64,000 nt of DNA from Eledone cirrhosa. Lineage: Eukaryota. Both the position numbers and the translations under genes were made by a program. Positions within the stretch are counted from its first letter, which is position 1. Every line of letters begins with the position of its first letter. Below, one piece after another: positions 38,576 to 52,639 of the stretch. The DNA is taken from positions 194,866,001-194,930,000 of the forward strand of contig OZ024743.1 in the NCBI GenBank assembly GCA_964016885.1, in the 5' to 3' direction. A model generated the notes under the pieces. The model worked only from the letters and a program-made list of their open reading frames with translations. It did not search any database and was not told the origin of the DNA.

Positions 38576-39124
38576 ATCCTTTAAGTTATCACATCCTGAT
38601 GTTCTGCTGAACCTGATGTTCTGCTGAATTAAACGAAGAAGGGTCGAGAGAGTTTTTGTGAATGCTTGCGTCTGTGTTGGCAATTAAGCCATTAGAGAAA
38701 CCATGGTACATACTACCAAATTATACGTAACTTGTAGTTATGACTGTAATAAGGTATACTTGAATAACACGGAGATTTGAAATACAACGTTGATTGGTAA
38801 CACTTAATAATACTGAACGCAGTACGTGATTCACTAACTCACCTAATTTATCTATTTATTTATTAATTAAATTATTTATTTATGTATCTAAATTTATTAT
38901 ATTGGTTCATTCCAGGTATTTCTCTTAGCTAATTGCATTTTTAAATTTTGAACAAGCAATTGTGGCTAAATGCAAAAAGTTTAATTTATTATGAACATAA
39001 TTAGTTAGTTTCCACGAGAAAAAATTATAGAAATTAAAATGTTTATGTTTAACAAAATAGTTTCATAATATTTCTGCACATATTACCAGCCAATTTCATT
39101 TAAAATATATATTCTATGAATTAA

Positions 39125-39525
39125 GGGTGCGGGGTTGCTAGAATTGGGAGAGCGTCGGGTAAAATGCCATTGCTCTATTTGTTTTTGCTCTTCATATTCA
39201 AATGTCATCGAAGAAAACTTTTCTTTCATCTATGCGGGATTGATAAAATAAGTACCTGTCATATACTGTCAGATTGGCAGTATCGGTAGGGCATGGGACA
39301 AAATATTTTAAGGTATTCATTTACTTTATACGTTCTGAGTTCAAATCCTGCTGATGTCAACTTGTCTTTTTTCTCTCCGGAGTCGATAAAATAAAGTACT
39401 GGGTTCGATATAATTCGCTGTCCTCTTTCCCTAACTTTGCCTTTCATCCTTACGGGGTCGATAAAATAAAGTACCAGTAATGCACTGGGATAATTGCTGG
39501 CCTTGTGCCAAAAGTAGAAACAAAT
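39125..39525 (+). mobile_element. Cluster of three head-to-tail Nin-domain SINEs
   Basis: Three successive tttcatc..gggtcgataaaata.gtacc cores near 39225, 39365 and 39440. Confidence 0.8.
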
Positions 39526-40931
39526 ATTTATTCACTCATTCTAATATATCTTTCCCAAGACTCAAAAGTTTGCAAGATTTTAACTTTGTTGTTTATGATT
39601 ATAAGCATTATTCAATTAATAAGAACATTATCATTTTGATAGCTCTATGACAGATCTGTATGCAGAACGTCATCTCGTTGGCCCATTTTCAACACGGTTA
39701 TTTAAGAAATTTCCAGTATCACACTATTGGTAGATTTACTTCTACCGATTCATAATATTCTTAATAATTTATTTATTTTTATGGGTTCCCTTTAATTATC
39801 TCGCATTTTATAGCCTCTTTATACTTTAAGTACTGTTTTCCATCAAATAACTCCCTTTGCATCAGTAATCAGGCAATAAATTTTCCTCTTCCTTTCTATT
39901 TTGTTCTATTTTGACTTTTCTTTTCTCAGGATTTCTCTCACATTTCATCAATTTTAATAAATAATTACTATGCAACTAACATAAATAATGACTATGCTAG
40001 GAATTCTAATTTAATCTCAGTTGAATAAAATATAGCAACCTCTATATTTGCCATTATGTCGTCTCTCCAGTAGTGTCAACCTAAAATTGCAGGTTTTTCT
40101 TCTTTTGAAGAGATATAACGACAGAATAAGATATTTATTTGAATATTAACAACATATTGTAAAACGAATTGTTCAGAATGAGAAAGGAATATTCTAGATG
40201 CAATTATTATTTAATTCAATAATTACTGTATACGAAAGAATGGTTTACCCACAGGGTATATTTTGTAATCTCTAAAATAATTTAGCCGAAATTTTATCCA
40301 GTATAGAAATGAACATTTATAAAGAAATGAAAGAAATACAACTGAACTAGACTTTACAATATGTGTCCACACTAGTACGTGGCTTAAATTAAAGACACGA
40401 TCATAAATAAATTCTTATTGCATATGCATTGAAAACGGGAAACTGAATGTTTATCTCTTGGCTTCTACAAGAAATTTCATTTGAAATATAACTAGGAAAT
40501 AATAGCCATAAAATAGAATTAATATGAAAAAAATTATGTACGGAATGTGATCTGATTTTATTAGTGTTAGATATGAAATTTGTTTTCAGTATATATTAGA
40601 ATATATTTGTGATGAATATGTATTGAACTATAAGTGTATATCTTCATTCATACTTTCGCTATGAAGCATATTGGAATTTCAATGTGGTTTATTTTCCTTA
40701 TTGAGTTTGAGAAGCTGCCAGATTCCGAAATATCGGACATATTCCCCATTTATTTGAGTTATCTCATTGTAATTATGCGAAATGGAGAGAGAATATCTAG
40801 GAATATACAGTAAAGATATTTTATGATATTTATCGATGGCTTGAAACGCCAGCTTACGAAACTGAAAGTGAGCAAAGGAAATCATAATACATCGATGCTA
40901 CCATAGCGCTCATCAATATCTATGCTTATAC

Positions 40932-40963
<32 letters not shown>

Positions 40964-41179
40964 ATATATATATTTCTCTGCGTTTGTGTGTATGAGTGCG
41001 TATGTATGTGCGCATGTACGTGTGTCTTAGAATAATGATAGTTCGTTGTATTATGAATCCAATATTTATCTTTTGAAATTGCGAAGAAATTTTCCTTGCA
41101 CTATTACTACGTTAATGACGTGTGCAAAGTTTACTTCCTAAAGACACCCATAAATATATTAATACTCATTATGTGTCTC

Positions 41180-41830
41180 TTACTTATTCTTCGCCCACTT
41201 ATTCCTGGGAGGGTCATGAGAGGTGGACTGTGGCCTCCAGCATGCCTTCCAGCTAGTTCTTTCAGAAGCAACCGTCTCCTGTTGATCAGGCTGGATCCCC
41301 AAGATAGATTAGTCGAGTTCATGGATTTTATCCAACTATCTTGCTTGGGGTCTACCTTGAGCCTCCTACTCGTTGATGTAAACTGTAAGATCTGTCAAGT
41401 TGTTCTTTCCAGAAACATTCTAACCACTCGTCCGTAATATTGGCGCTGTGAACTCTCAATTCGGAGAAATAGTGGCTTTACCTGGAAGCAACACTCTAAT
41501 CTCTGAGCTACGCTCTCTATCGTGTAGCGTTACTCCAAAGTCCCTTCAGAAAACCCATTTCGGCCGCTTGTATTCGCGGTCGTATTCTTTTAGTTATTAC
41601 CCAAGATTTATACCCATAGGTTACGGTTGGCACAACTACCGAATTGAGGATAGAGAGTTTGGCTTTTACAGTAGCTACTGGAATTTTTGCACTTAATTTA
41701 GGCTCTTGCCTTGCACCACACGCGTTCACCTCTAGCTACTTGAACTTCTCCACCTGCACGCATATGAAAAGTGGACTATACTTGCTTCCTCGAGAGGACG
41801 AGCGTCTCAGTCTTTGTAGCTCTGATTTTC
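41180..41830 (-). mobile_element. RTE-clade LINE 3' fragment
   Basis: KAKLSILNSVVVPTVTYGYKSWVITKRIRPRIQAAEMGFL; tail gaagaataagtaag. Confidence 0.9.
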
Positions 41831-42204
41831 ATTCATGCTGTGAAACGACTATATTTTACGGTAAACGTATTTCATTGGTTTGTAGTTGATGTTCAGCGTC
41901 AAGTCGGTAATGATATAGCAGATCTATGACCAAAGGCTTTCTGTTAAAATGTTTTCTCTCTCTGATCTAACATATTATTAGCAATTGTGTATATATGATT
42001 GCATTATTCAACGTATGTCTCAATTGTTTAAGACGTTAAGGTGTGACAAAGTAGAATTGTATTGTACATTTATCAGATTACGACTAGAAGCCTCTTCATT
42101 GAGTTTAAGAAAGAAGATAATATAATGCAAATTTCTCTTCAAACGAAGGCAGATGAACTTTGCTTTTCGATTATATGTATTTCATTTTATTTCTTTATAT
42201 GCAT

Positions 42205-42412
42205 TTTAAGGGCGCTAATTCGTTAGTGCATCGGATAAAATCCATTACAGAATTTCGTTACGATTCTCTACGTTCTGGTTTTAAATCTCTTCAGAGTCAA
42301 CATTGCTTTTTATCTTTCCGGGATCGTTACAATAAAGTACCAGGTAAGTACTGCGGTTGACATATTACTCCTCTTCACTTGCACTTATGCTAGAAACTAG
42401 AAACAATTATTG
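42205..42412 (+). mobile_element. Decayed Nin-domain SINE
   Basis: acgttctggttttaaatc...gtcaac...aataaagtaccag...tagaaacaattatt. Confidence 0.6.
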
Positions 42413-43616
42413 TAACTATGCAATTATTATCAGGTACTCGATATACTGGTCTCCAAAATCTCTTCTGAGAGATATTCCTGTTTTCTTTGCTTAAAATGGG
42501 AAGCCTGTCATCATATCTGAATTCTTTCATTATGTATGTTTAAGTTTTGCCAAAATTTCCCTTAATGTATCGAAGTGTTCAAAGATATGTTTACATACAA
42601 TGGAAAATTAAAATAAAATGCTAGATATTTTTCGCAGGAGAACTACAATATTTCTTAACGTTGCATTTATCATATGCTCTAACCTCTCTGCTCTAAAATG
42701 ACGAAAGATATCAGTTCCAACCATAATTGTTTTCATTAATATATTGGCGTCTGTATTTCTCCCTTAAAATAATTAATGTTTGGTGATCAATTCGTTCTAA
42801 TTTGTCTCTTGAAATACGATGATTATCAAATTCTGATCACATACAAAATAATGATAACGTAATCATGATTAAATCTAAAATGAAATAGTGTCTGATTGAA
42901 ATAAAACCAAATAAACGAATATCGAAACAAAAATAATCATAAAGGCATATGTTTACTTAGATGTCATCCAAAGCGGTTATAAAGGTCTAATGTAGAACTT
43001 CATGAAATTAATGGGCTTTTTAAAAGCTCTCTATATTTATTTGTGGTATGAAATTGTTTTAAATTCCATGTTAAATTTATTAAAATGATTTTATTAAATT
43101 TTATAGAAATATAACTCTGCTATGTATACGTCCTTAAATTCGTATTAGTTCTATGAAATTCATCACAGCATATTATTAACAAATAATCCAGTTTGATTTG
43201 CGTATTATAACTCATTCGTTTCACACAAGTTGAATCCAACCACCCAAACCCCACACTAATCGATACGCCCAGACTTTCGTGCACAGAACGCCGGTTCACT
43301 AGAATTCCTTACCTGCATATGTATTTCCCAAATTAGCTGGATTACAACAGTTTAAGTGTAACACTGGGTGTTTCAAACTCTCAGGTTACAACAACGTTTC
43401 AGAGATAAAGAACAACAAAAATACATTATATTTCATTCAATTCAATCTATGATCGTTCTCAATCAGGATGTGGATTTTATATTTTTAATTTATTTTTTCA
43501 CAGAAGATTTAGTAGTTCTTATTTGATAAATATACATTTTACTATTTATCTGGTGTGGTAAATAAATATATACATATAATACACCAAGTCCGAACACAAT
43601 GTAATAAAACTCCCAC

Positions 43617-43846
43617 TGTCACTACCTCAGTCTCTCCCGCTCTCCCCATCTCTTACTATTAAAAGCAAATGGGGGCCCACTAGCTGGCCGCCCCGCGGCC
43701 TCAGCTGACAGAATAGAGAAGGTGTTTCCAGAATAGAAAATACTTGTTGTATATCGTATTTCTGTATATTTAGATTGTACTGGATTGGATTAGACCAAGT
43801 AATCTTTATTTCTAAAATACATATAGTAGTGTCTTTATCGGTGACA
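43617..43846 (+). mobile_element. Possible solo LTR
   Basis: TGTCAC...GTGACA termini, internal TATTAAAA; flanks cccac/tacac give only an imperfect TSD. Confidence 0.35.
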
Positions 43847-44230
43847 TACACTGACGCATGTAATATGTATTATTAACATACGTAGGAATAAGGCACCGGA
43901 TGACGACTGGTAATAAAGCTTCTTTAAATGGAGTAGAGATATACATATATTAAAAATAATCCTTTTTTAAGATAATTCTAATCTTAAGTCAAATTATAAA
44001 AGAAGTGACACTAACTTATATGTTTTCAACAAAACAATTTCATTGTTATTAAAGAAATATCTGACAATGTTTTCTGTGAATGTTATCTTTATATAATTTC
44101 CTGGATCTTTTTCTACGAACCTACTAAACATTTGTCAATTGAACCACATTCCACACTTGTATTTCGGTAATTTTTGCTTCTAGACGGTTATAGAGGATAT
44201 TACTCTTAAAATGAACTATTATCTCATGAG

Positions 44231-44415
44231 GGCGGTGGATTTGGCAGTATCGGTAGAGGGTCGGACGCCATTCTTTCCAGCATAGTTACGTCCCTTTACG
44301 ATCTGAGTTCAAATCCCACCGAGGTTGACTTTGCCTTTTATCCTTACGGGGTCGATAAAATAAAGTACCAGTAATGCACTGGGTAATTGCTGGCCTTGTG
44401 CCTAAAGTTGAAACA
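44231..44415 (+). mobile_element. Nin-domain SINE with 13 bp TSD
   Basis: TSD attatctcatgag at 44218-44230 and 44416-44428. Confidence 0.93.
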
Positions 44416-46009
44416 ATTATCTCATGAGATCAAAGAATGCATACATTCTAAATGTATTTCACTTTCCTTTTAACTAAAATGTCCCCGTTGCTACCATTAT
44501 ACTGTATTGGAAAAATATAATTGTAATCGTGACTTTACAGTCCTTTAAGTATAGAAACTTAAAACAGTGATTCTTCAATATATAAGGATATACATGTTAG
44601 TGAGGTTGTATCGAAACGGAAGAGAGGTGACCTCTTTTATCGTCGATGTGAAGCTCTATTAAAATATGTAATTTCTGATTCCTTGTTCTGTTCAAAGAAA
44701 ATTGAGTTATCTATGTATGTGTGTTTAAAGGATAGATCAAGTGATGCTAACTTTTATGTCGAACGGAAAGGAACCAATCACATTGAAACATTGAATAGAA
44801 AATCATTGGGCTAGGCAAGCAAGATGTATTGAAGCAGCTATATAAATGTGATATATCTTCGCTTAAATTTTCAAAGGTAGTATATGACAATGTGTAAATA
44901 ATATTTCGAGTCAACATTAAAATTCGATATTTGTGTTGTTTCCCTGTTATATTTCGTCAGAGCGATTTGATCACCGTCAATGGAAACGTATATCACGAAG
45001 CATTCTTTTAGATTTGGCGTTCTAACGACTGCCGATTCGCCACTTCACAAAACATATCACTGAATAATAAATATGTAATTATACAAATTGTGATATAAAT
45101 ATTTGTATTAGTGTATTTAAGTTTCAACACATCTTACTAAAACTGGAAATGTTTCTAGCAAATTATCACAGCTATATAGATTTTTCAGAAATAAAATCTG
45201 TTGTGTTTGCCAAAATTAGCCTAAAGGTAAGATTACAACATAAAAACATAAAATATGTGCTAACCAATCACGAATGCGAAAATTATTTCTTGCAATGCCA
45301 AGAAACAGCATTGCTTGATATGCACAGCATACAAAAATAGATAATCTAATAATGAAATTAAAATAATATAATTGGATCCTGATCATCTACTTCGTCAATA
45401 ATATTACCTCACCCTTCCCTTCTTTATTATTCTTTATTCTCGAGATAACCACTACCATCGACTACGACAAATGTATACACCTGCATGTGTACAATAGATT
45501 CATCTACATTTTAATTCCATTTCCCATTCTTCTGTGCATTATAGTAATTGTCACTATGTTTGTGTGTCTTATGTTGTTCTTGTTTCCACTGAAGCTGCTG
45601 CTGTATTTTAGATTTAATATTATGGTTGTATAATGGTAAAGACTAAATTTATATTTAACCACACAAGCACATGGACATGAGAGCGCGTAGTTTCTTGCAT
45701 AAACAAATTTACAATGGGAAATTCCCTGAGCATCCAATATTAGTTAGACATATATATTCATTTTAAAGACTGCACGATAGGTATGTATGAGTATATTACC
45801 ACAACGTGATAGAGTTGAATTCTTTCCAATTCTAATTTGTTTGTTATTTCTTCTGTTTGCAAATGTGTTATCGCGGAATGTATGTGGTCAATTGTGTGAC
45901 GAACCTGCTTTCTATACTATTTGCGATTTCAGTATAACTCATTTCATGTTTTGTACCTCAGATCTGGCTATATGGGAAAGTAGAGAAACGAATATGAAAG
46001 TCGTAAATG

Positions 46010-46310
46010 AGATAAACAGTAGGGGAAAAACAAGGACTCTTGAGTCCCTGAAGAAAAGGAGGGGCGGGGTGAACTCTAGGACTAGGTGCAGCTGGGTTGG
46101 AGCTGCACCCCGCGGACAATAGTGCAGAAGCATTTCCATGGACAATGGCCTGCCACTCCCGTTGCAACAGCCACCCCACTACATGGAGCTTCCTCAGACA
46201 CGCTGCTGACGTCCAATCTTTCGGAGGAGTTGGACAGTTCGAGGAACCGAGAACGCCTAACGTCTCGACGGCGACCGCTGCAAATAGAAAGCGACCAGAC
46301 AAACCCCGCT
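46010..46310 (-). mobile_element. CRE-like LINE restriction-like endonuclease 3' end
   Basis: FAAVAVETLGVLG and WLLQR...AIVHGNA..L motifs. Confidence 0.7.
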
Positions 46311-46926
46311 ATTTTATTCTAGCCTAAACTCTTCCTGGGTTAAAATGCATGAGTTGTTGACTGAATCGTGATAACCACCAAACGATACTCAAAGAAATCA
46401 TTATTGTACTCCTCCCTTATAGAAAAATTCTAAGCATCTAGAATCATATTTAGGTCACTACAAATGTTTGGCCTTACCATCAGACATGATAACTTCTACA
46501 AAATCTATATCCTCAACGTAGCAAATTTGTGTCAAAAAGACTAGCTTCCTTTTTGTGAGCTAATGAATAATTCTGCTCTTAACAACAAACAACTAAGCCT
46601 TATAAAGTTCGACTCAGGTCCACAAAATAATCCTGCTCATACATCTGGAAGTGTGTCACTGATACACTCAGAGATAACCTAGGATTCATTCAAAGCAAAT
46701 TTATTCGACTAAATTTCGTCACTACAGTCGCCAAAACGCTTTAAATTCTAATCCACATGTTTCATCTCCTTGCACTTATTGTCTTTATGTATCTCTTCTT
46801 TCGTTCTTGCTGAATCCTTCAGCTTTTTCTACTATGATTGGTTTGCAATTAGATAATCCCTACTCACTTGTTTCAATTCTTTTCGTCATAAACATTTTGT
46901 CAACCTCAATCATCACACTAATCACT

Positions 46927-47098
46927 CGGTAGAGGGTCGGACGCCATGCTTTGACGCATAGAGTTACGGCCCTTGCCATTCTGAGTTCAAATCCCGCCGA
47001 GGTTAACTTTGACTTTCATCCTTACAGGGTCGATAAAATAAAGTACCAGTAATGCACTGAGTAATTGCTGGCCTTGTGCCAAAAGTAGAAACAATTAT
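46927..47098 (+). mobile_element. 5'-truncated Nin-domain SINE
   Basis: Matches the family consensus. Confidence 0.9.
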
Positions 47099-47230
47099 TT
47101 CACAGAACATCGGCCGTTCGATGAGTCTTGAATGGCATACAAATTGGTTACAGTTTTATCATTCTAACACTATAAAGGAAACATATACATCAACACGTGT
47201 GTATATAACTTCTATGTACATTATTTATGG

Positions 47231-47345
47231 TCTGAGTTCAAATCCCGCCGAGGTTAACTTTGCCTTTCATCCTTACGGGGTCGATAAAATAAAGTACCAG
47301 TAATGTATTGGGTAATTGCTGGCCTTGTGCCAAAAGTAGAAACAA
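47231..47345 (+). mobile_element. 5'-truncated Nin-domain SINE with 9 bp TSD
   Basis: attatttat near 47220 and 47345. Confidence 0.9.
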
Positions 47346-48992
47346 TTATTTATATTGTCTAGATTTCCGGTGTTTCTTGCCAGTAAATCTAAGCTCATTG
47401 TCTTTGGCTTTACTCACAGAATGAACTAAATCTAGAAATAGTAGATTTTATTGGGCAACCACCAATGGTGAAATATATTAAGTTTCGACTGTATTGATCA
47501 GAAATATAACACGATTCTTCTCATAAAGTTCCCTTGATAATCCAGCAATTCTAGGGAAAAAATTACTCCTTACAGTATATAATATAATTTGTTGATTAGG
47601 CATCTGTTACCGCCTAGTGTGCCACGTATGTGCCGTAGGTATGTTTTCCCTATCAATGCTTTTACCTGATTATATATGAGCGTTGGTATGTACGCTAATA
47701 TATTCTTTGTATAATGAATTTTCTTCGATAATTAGTATTGAAATTAATAATGTGATACTTGAAATGTGTGTCAGTTGAGTGAGCTTAGAATATTAATATA
47801 AATGCTGTGAAATGTCAAACAGAAAGCCTGAAAGGAAAGGAACAATATTAAAATCCAATTTTTCAAATTATCGCAAAACAAGTCGTAAAACAAAAACAAT
47901 TAAAAGCTGGAAAGGGGCCCTAATTCGTTCTATACGCTAAAGTAACGGTTACAAACAATAAATGAAATGTGAAGCAAGATAATTTAATATGAATTATCCT
48001 TAGTGATGCTCTCCGTCCAGTGGAAATGAATCCGGGATGTATCGAAATGAATGCTCATAAATCAAACATTGCCCACGCGAGTTACATTTAAAAATGGTTA
48101 TTTCCAAGAAGATGCGAAGTAAACAAATTGGAATACCTGTATTTAAAACCTCCAAGTACATAAATAAAGGAATCGTATCTTATACATCGAAAATAAGATT
48201 AATGAGGTAGACGTTGAAATGTTTCTATTACAATTGATTTTAGTTTCGTATAAATAAAGACAACTATCTTCTGCGGGTAATTCCACTGGTTATTTCTAAC
48301 ACATTTCCAATAGGAAGATATATTTAAGCATTAACAACCAATAAGCATATTTGCTTATCTCTGCGTATTTTTTAAATATATGCTTTCTCAACCATTATAT
48401 TTCCTATTTCCCTGTCGTCTTTCAATATAATACGTTTCTTCCTATATTTTCTCTTTCTTTTCAGTTATCGATTTCTTTTCTCATCAAAGGAACAAAGTAT
48501 GGATTGACTCAGTTAATATAACTTACCGAACGAAAGTTATTTCTGGTCTTGTTATCTTTATGAATAATTTGTACCTCATCTATAATCTCGAACTAATCTG
48601 TAGTCAATATTCTTTGAGATTTTCACTTAGTGTCCAGATATTGCTTCTGTGATGTCCACATAAAAACGTTTTACATATAGTTAACAGTGTGTACCATGGC
48701 TGAGAAAAAGGAAGAGAAAGTTAAGCGGAACGCCCTTTCTGCAGCTATTTATTGGAAGACAGTGATATATCCCTGTAATCTTAGTGAATATTTCTCCATT
48801 CAGATTAGCAAATGTACTGTTGATTTGTGACAGTACATTTACCTACTGAATTTGATGACAGAGAGAAGGAAGATAATTAGAAATGTATATTATAGATATG
48901 CAATTTTATACACATTTACGAACAGGAAAATACAAACATGTGCATATAAATGTGATATAAGAAATCACACTGACATACCTGATTATTTATTG

Positions 48993-49042
<50 letters not shown>

Positions 49043-49911
49043 GCACACACACATACACACACACTTATCTCTATCTTTCCCGATATAAATATCTTCATAC
49101 ACACAAATTCATATATATATTTATAGCATTTTTTATTTACTAAACGAGAGAAAGAGAATTTAATATATGTATTTCAAATATCTATTTGTGACAAAAGGAT
49201 GATTCACTCCGTCTCTTCACCGACTTATCCGACACATGCAGCCTTTCAACTTGATGTTGCCAGAAAGATCCCACTTGGTAGGAAATTCTCTATCGTGATT
49301 GGAGGTGTGAGGTGAATAATCAGGGACATAATAAGAAAGAAATGCAAATGTGTAAACACAGACCAAGTTACAATCGAACATATACATATATTTCTTTTTA
49401 ACAGATGATGTTTTATTCGCCTGATGAGCCCCTGACCTAAGAAGTGGTACCCATTCTTTATATAATAATATGTACTATGTAAGTAAGATTGGTTGTGAGC
49501 CTGTCCACTGCGGTGAATAAAACTATTTCTTTGTATCAGAGCACATTTTCTGATATCTGAAACCAAATAACCCTTATTTATCATTACAATGAGATTGTTA
49601 TACATAAAGACATTCTTCTGATATAAGGATGTATTTTTACTGATACCGAATATTTAGTTTTATTTTATTAATTCTCTGATAACATAACTTTGGCTGTGAT
49701 TAAAGTTTACTTTCAAATTACTCGAGTTAATGATCAGATTATAATATATAGTCACATCTATTCATTAATAATGGAGCTTGAGCGAGGTTTTTTACCGTTA
49801 TATTTCTCCTGTGTAATTTTCAAACACTTTCTTGAGATAGTAGAATAAAATACTTCAAAGTTTTCATATTGGATTCTCATCCAGTATACAGACACAGACA
49901 GACGCGCGCGC

Positions 49912-50042
<131 letters not shown>

Positions 50043-50183
50043 ATATTCAGGACACCGAAACGGCTAGAGCTCAGCCGTCGTGGTCCTGAATCTGTTTATA
50101 TTACCCACTATACTACCCCACATATGGAGTACTCTAGTGCGTTTTTGTCCACCTCATATCTTACCACACCTTCTCTGTTATAT

Positions 50184-51856
50184 ATGGATGTGGTGTCACT
50201 GTACCCATCCATTAACATTGATTTTGCTGTGAAAAGATGTGTGGAGATGATCATTGAGTGTGAGGTGGAGTTCTGCGACGTCGACACAGACGAACTGGGC
50301 CTCCTACTTAGACTTACCTACGACACTGACCACCTAGACAGCCATGACCTTAGATGTTTCTTCCCTAGTAGACCTATAAGAGGTAGACCCCCCACCATAA
50401 CCTCTATGGCAAAAAGACTCCCATGGGAAGGTGGATTGGGTGGACCAAAGCTATACGGACCCCCCAAAACAATGATCAGGTAAGAAAAATGGTCGCACAT
50501 GCAATAGGGGCTAGTATCAAAACTACCCTAAAGGGCCACATATTTAAGTTCAACGAGAAGATCTACACCCAAAATGAGGGAGCAGCCATCGGCGTCAGCA
50601 TAGCTGGTGATGTTGCCAACCTTTTCATGGTATGGTGGGAAAGGAGACTTAAAGATCTCCTTAATGAGAGCTCCATAGACCTCATCATGTACTCTCGTTA
50701 TGTAGACGATATCAATATAGTTATAAGAACATCCCCACTAGAGAGCACGAACAAGTTTGATTTAGAACGTAGCACGATGGAAAGCATCCAGCAGATAACT
50801 AATTCCATACACCAGAGTATAACTGTAACTATCAACTTCCCTTCCAAACACCCTAACAATAGACTACCTGTATTAGACACAGAACTCTGGATTAACACTA
50901 TAGACGAGAGAGCCCAAATTCTCAACTCACACTATGCTAAACCCATGGCCTCCAAATATCTGATACTCAAAAACTCAGCAATTTCCAGTAGTGCTAAGTT
51001 TAATATTCTGATCGCAGATTTGGTACGAGTGATGAAGAATGTGTCCCGCATATGCGACCCAACAGAAATGGAAAGACACATCCAACACTTCATCAACCGC
51101 ATGCAGTTCTCTGGCTACAACCAAAGAGACAGAGTCAGAGTATACGAAGGAGCCATGGAGAAGTATAAGACCCTCATAGAACTTGACATGAAAGGAATTT
51201 GCCCATTATACAGGAGCAAACCATGGAATAGCTTTGATAGGGCTAGACATAAGATAGGGAAAGCCACCTCATCGTACGACAACCAGAGATACCAGAGTGT
51301 CATGTTTGTGGACGCTACCCCTGGAGGGAAATTAGCTAACCAGTGTAGAAAGGCCCTGAGAAAGACTCACTTAAAAATAAAGGTGTTAGAAAAGCCAGGA
51401 ACCACCATAAAATCCCTGATCAGCAAAACCTACCCTTTTAAGAAAACCCACTGTAACAATAGGAAATGTATCATATGTAAGGTGAACCCCCGGATAAACT
51501 GTAAAACTAGAAACGTAGTCTATAGCATAAGGTGTACAGAGGGTACTTGCAGAAACATGACAACAACATACATAGGTGAGACAGCTCGTAGCATAGGTGA
51601 AAGGATAGACCAAGACTGGGGGGAACTAAAAGGACGAAAAAACGGGTCAGTACTATACGAACATGCTAGACAACAACATGACGGTAACATAGACAACATA
51701 GAAATTAGAATAATATCTAAACATAGAAATGACCCAGCAGATAGGCAAATCAGAGAGGCCAGTGAAATAGAAATTAGAAGACCAAGGCTAAACAGAAAGA
51801 ATGAATGGAATAACAACAACACCCAAACAAACAACACTGACCTAAGAGAAGTATAA
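50184..51856 (+). pseudogene. PLE RT-GIY-YIG polyprotein, 5'-truncated, one frameshift near 50425
   Basis: MDVVSLYPSI (motif A); YTQNEGAAIG..AG.VANLFM; RYVDD; LPVLD; YAKP; C...C..C; VVYSIRC...YIGETARS..ER; REA.EI...P.LN. Confidence 0.92.
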
Positions 51857-52097
51857 TTAAGTAAATAAAATAAAATAAATAAATAAATAAATAAATACAT
51901 ACACAAGCACAATAACAAGCACATAAACACACACTAGTCACCCATCACACAGCAAACAAAACACTATACATACATGCAAACGCATGCGCAAAGAAGACAA
52001 AATAAAATAAACAAACAAGCAAATAAATAAATATATATATAGACAGACTGAATAAAAATGGCGTAGACATACAATACAAAAAGAGGAAAATATAACA

Positions 52098-52138
52098 CCA
52101 CTGACGATGTTGCAGATGTGCAACGAAAGATTTATGAT
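52098..52138 (+). ncRNA. Type I hammerhead (partly decayed)
   Basis: cca CTGACGA T GTTGCA gatg TGCAAC GAAA GATTT A tga. Confidence 0.65.
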
Positions 52139-52412
52139 AAACTATATATATGTGTTTGTGTCTATATTGTATCTGTATTATTTTTGACCGTCGGTCAGTC
52201 AATGGTAACATTGAGGACCGAGTATAATAGATTACCGATATAAAAGACACAGAAGCGAGAAGCGAAAACCAACCAAACAGTGAGTGTGTTCTGTTATTAA
52301 TTCTGGCAATATTACACAAATATGACCCTCCCCAAGTATAACAATATTTGTTTCAACACACCATTTCATATAAAAAAACCTCGCAAAACTATATACATAC
52401 ATTCATCGCCGC

Positions 52413-52465
<53 letters not shown>

Positions 52466-52466
<1 letters not shown>

Positions 52467-52560
52467 TTGGAGATGCAGGATATGGCAGCGATAATGAGGG
52501 ACAGAGACCGCTGGAGAGAACTCGTCCATGGATCTCGGGAATTTTACCCGCCTTAGATAT
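52466..52560 (+). mobile_element. RTE-like 3'-terminal scrap between (TA)n tracts
   Basis: LEMQDMAAIMRDRDRWRELV resembles the RTE C-terminal DR..WR motif. Confidence 0.5.
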
Positions 52561-52562
52561 AT

Positions 52563-52638
<76 letters not shown>

Positions 52639-52639
52639 G

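Larger units (their letters stand above)
50184..52350 (+). mobile_element. 5'-truncated Penelope-like element (RT + GIY-YIG + 3' region with HHR)
   Basis: Supported by the CDS and HHR entries below; follows (CA)n(TA)n and a foldback-family fragment. Confidence 0.93.

Noticed and set aside
48521-48850. Minus-strand gtaagt donor and plus-strand accATGG short ORF
   Set aside because: Weak acceptor and no recognisable protein; not supportable without RNA-seq.
49420-49460. CTGATGAGCC motif and nearby Merlin/ISXO2-like traces
   Set aside because: No GAAA partner, and the protein resemblance is too faint.
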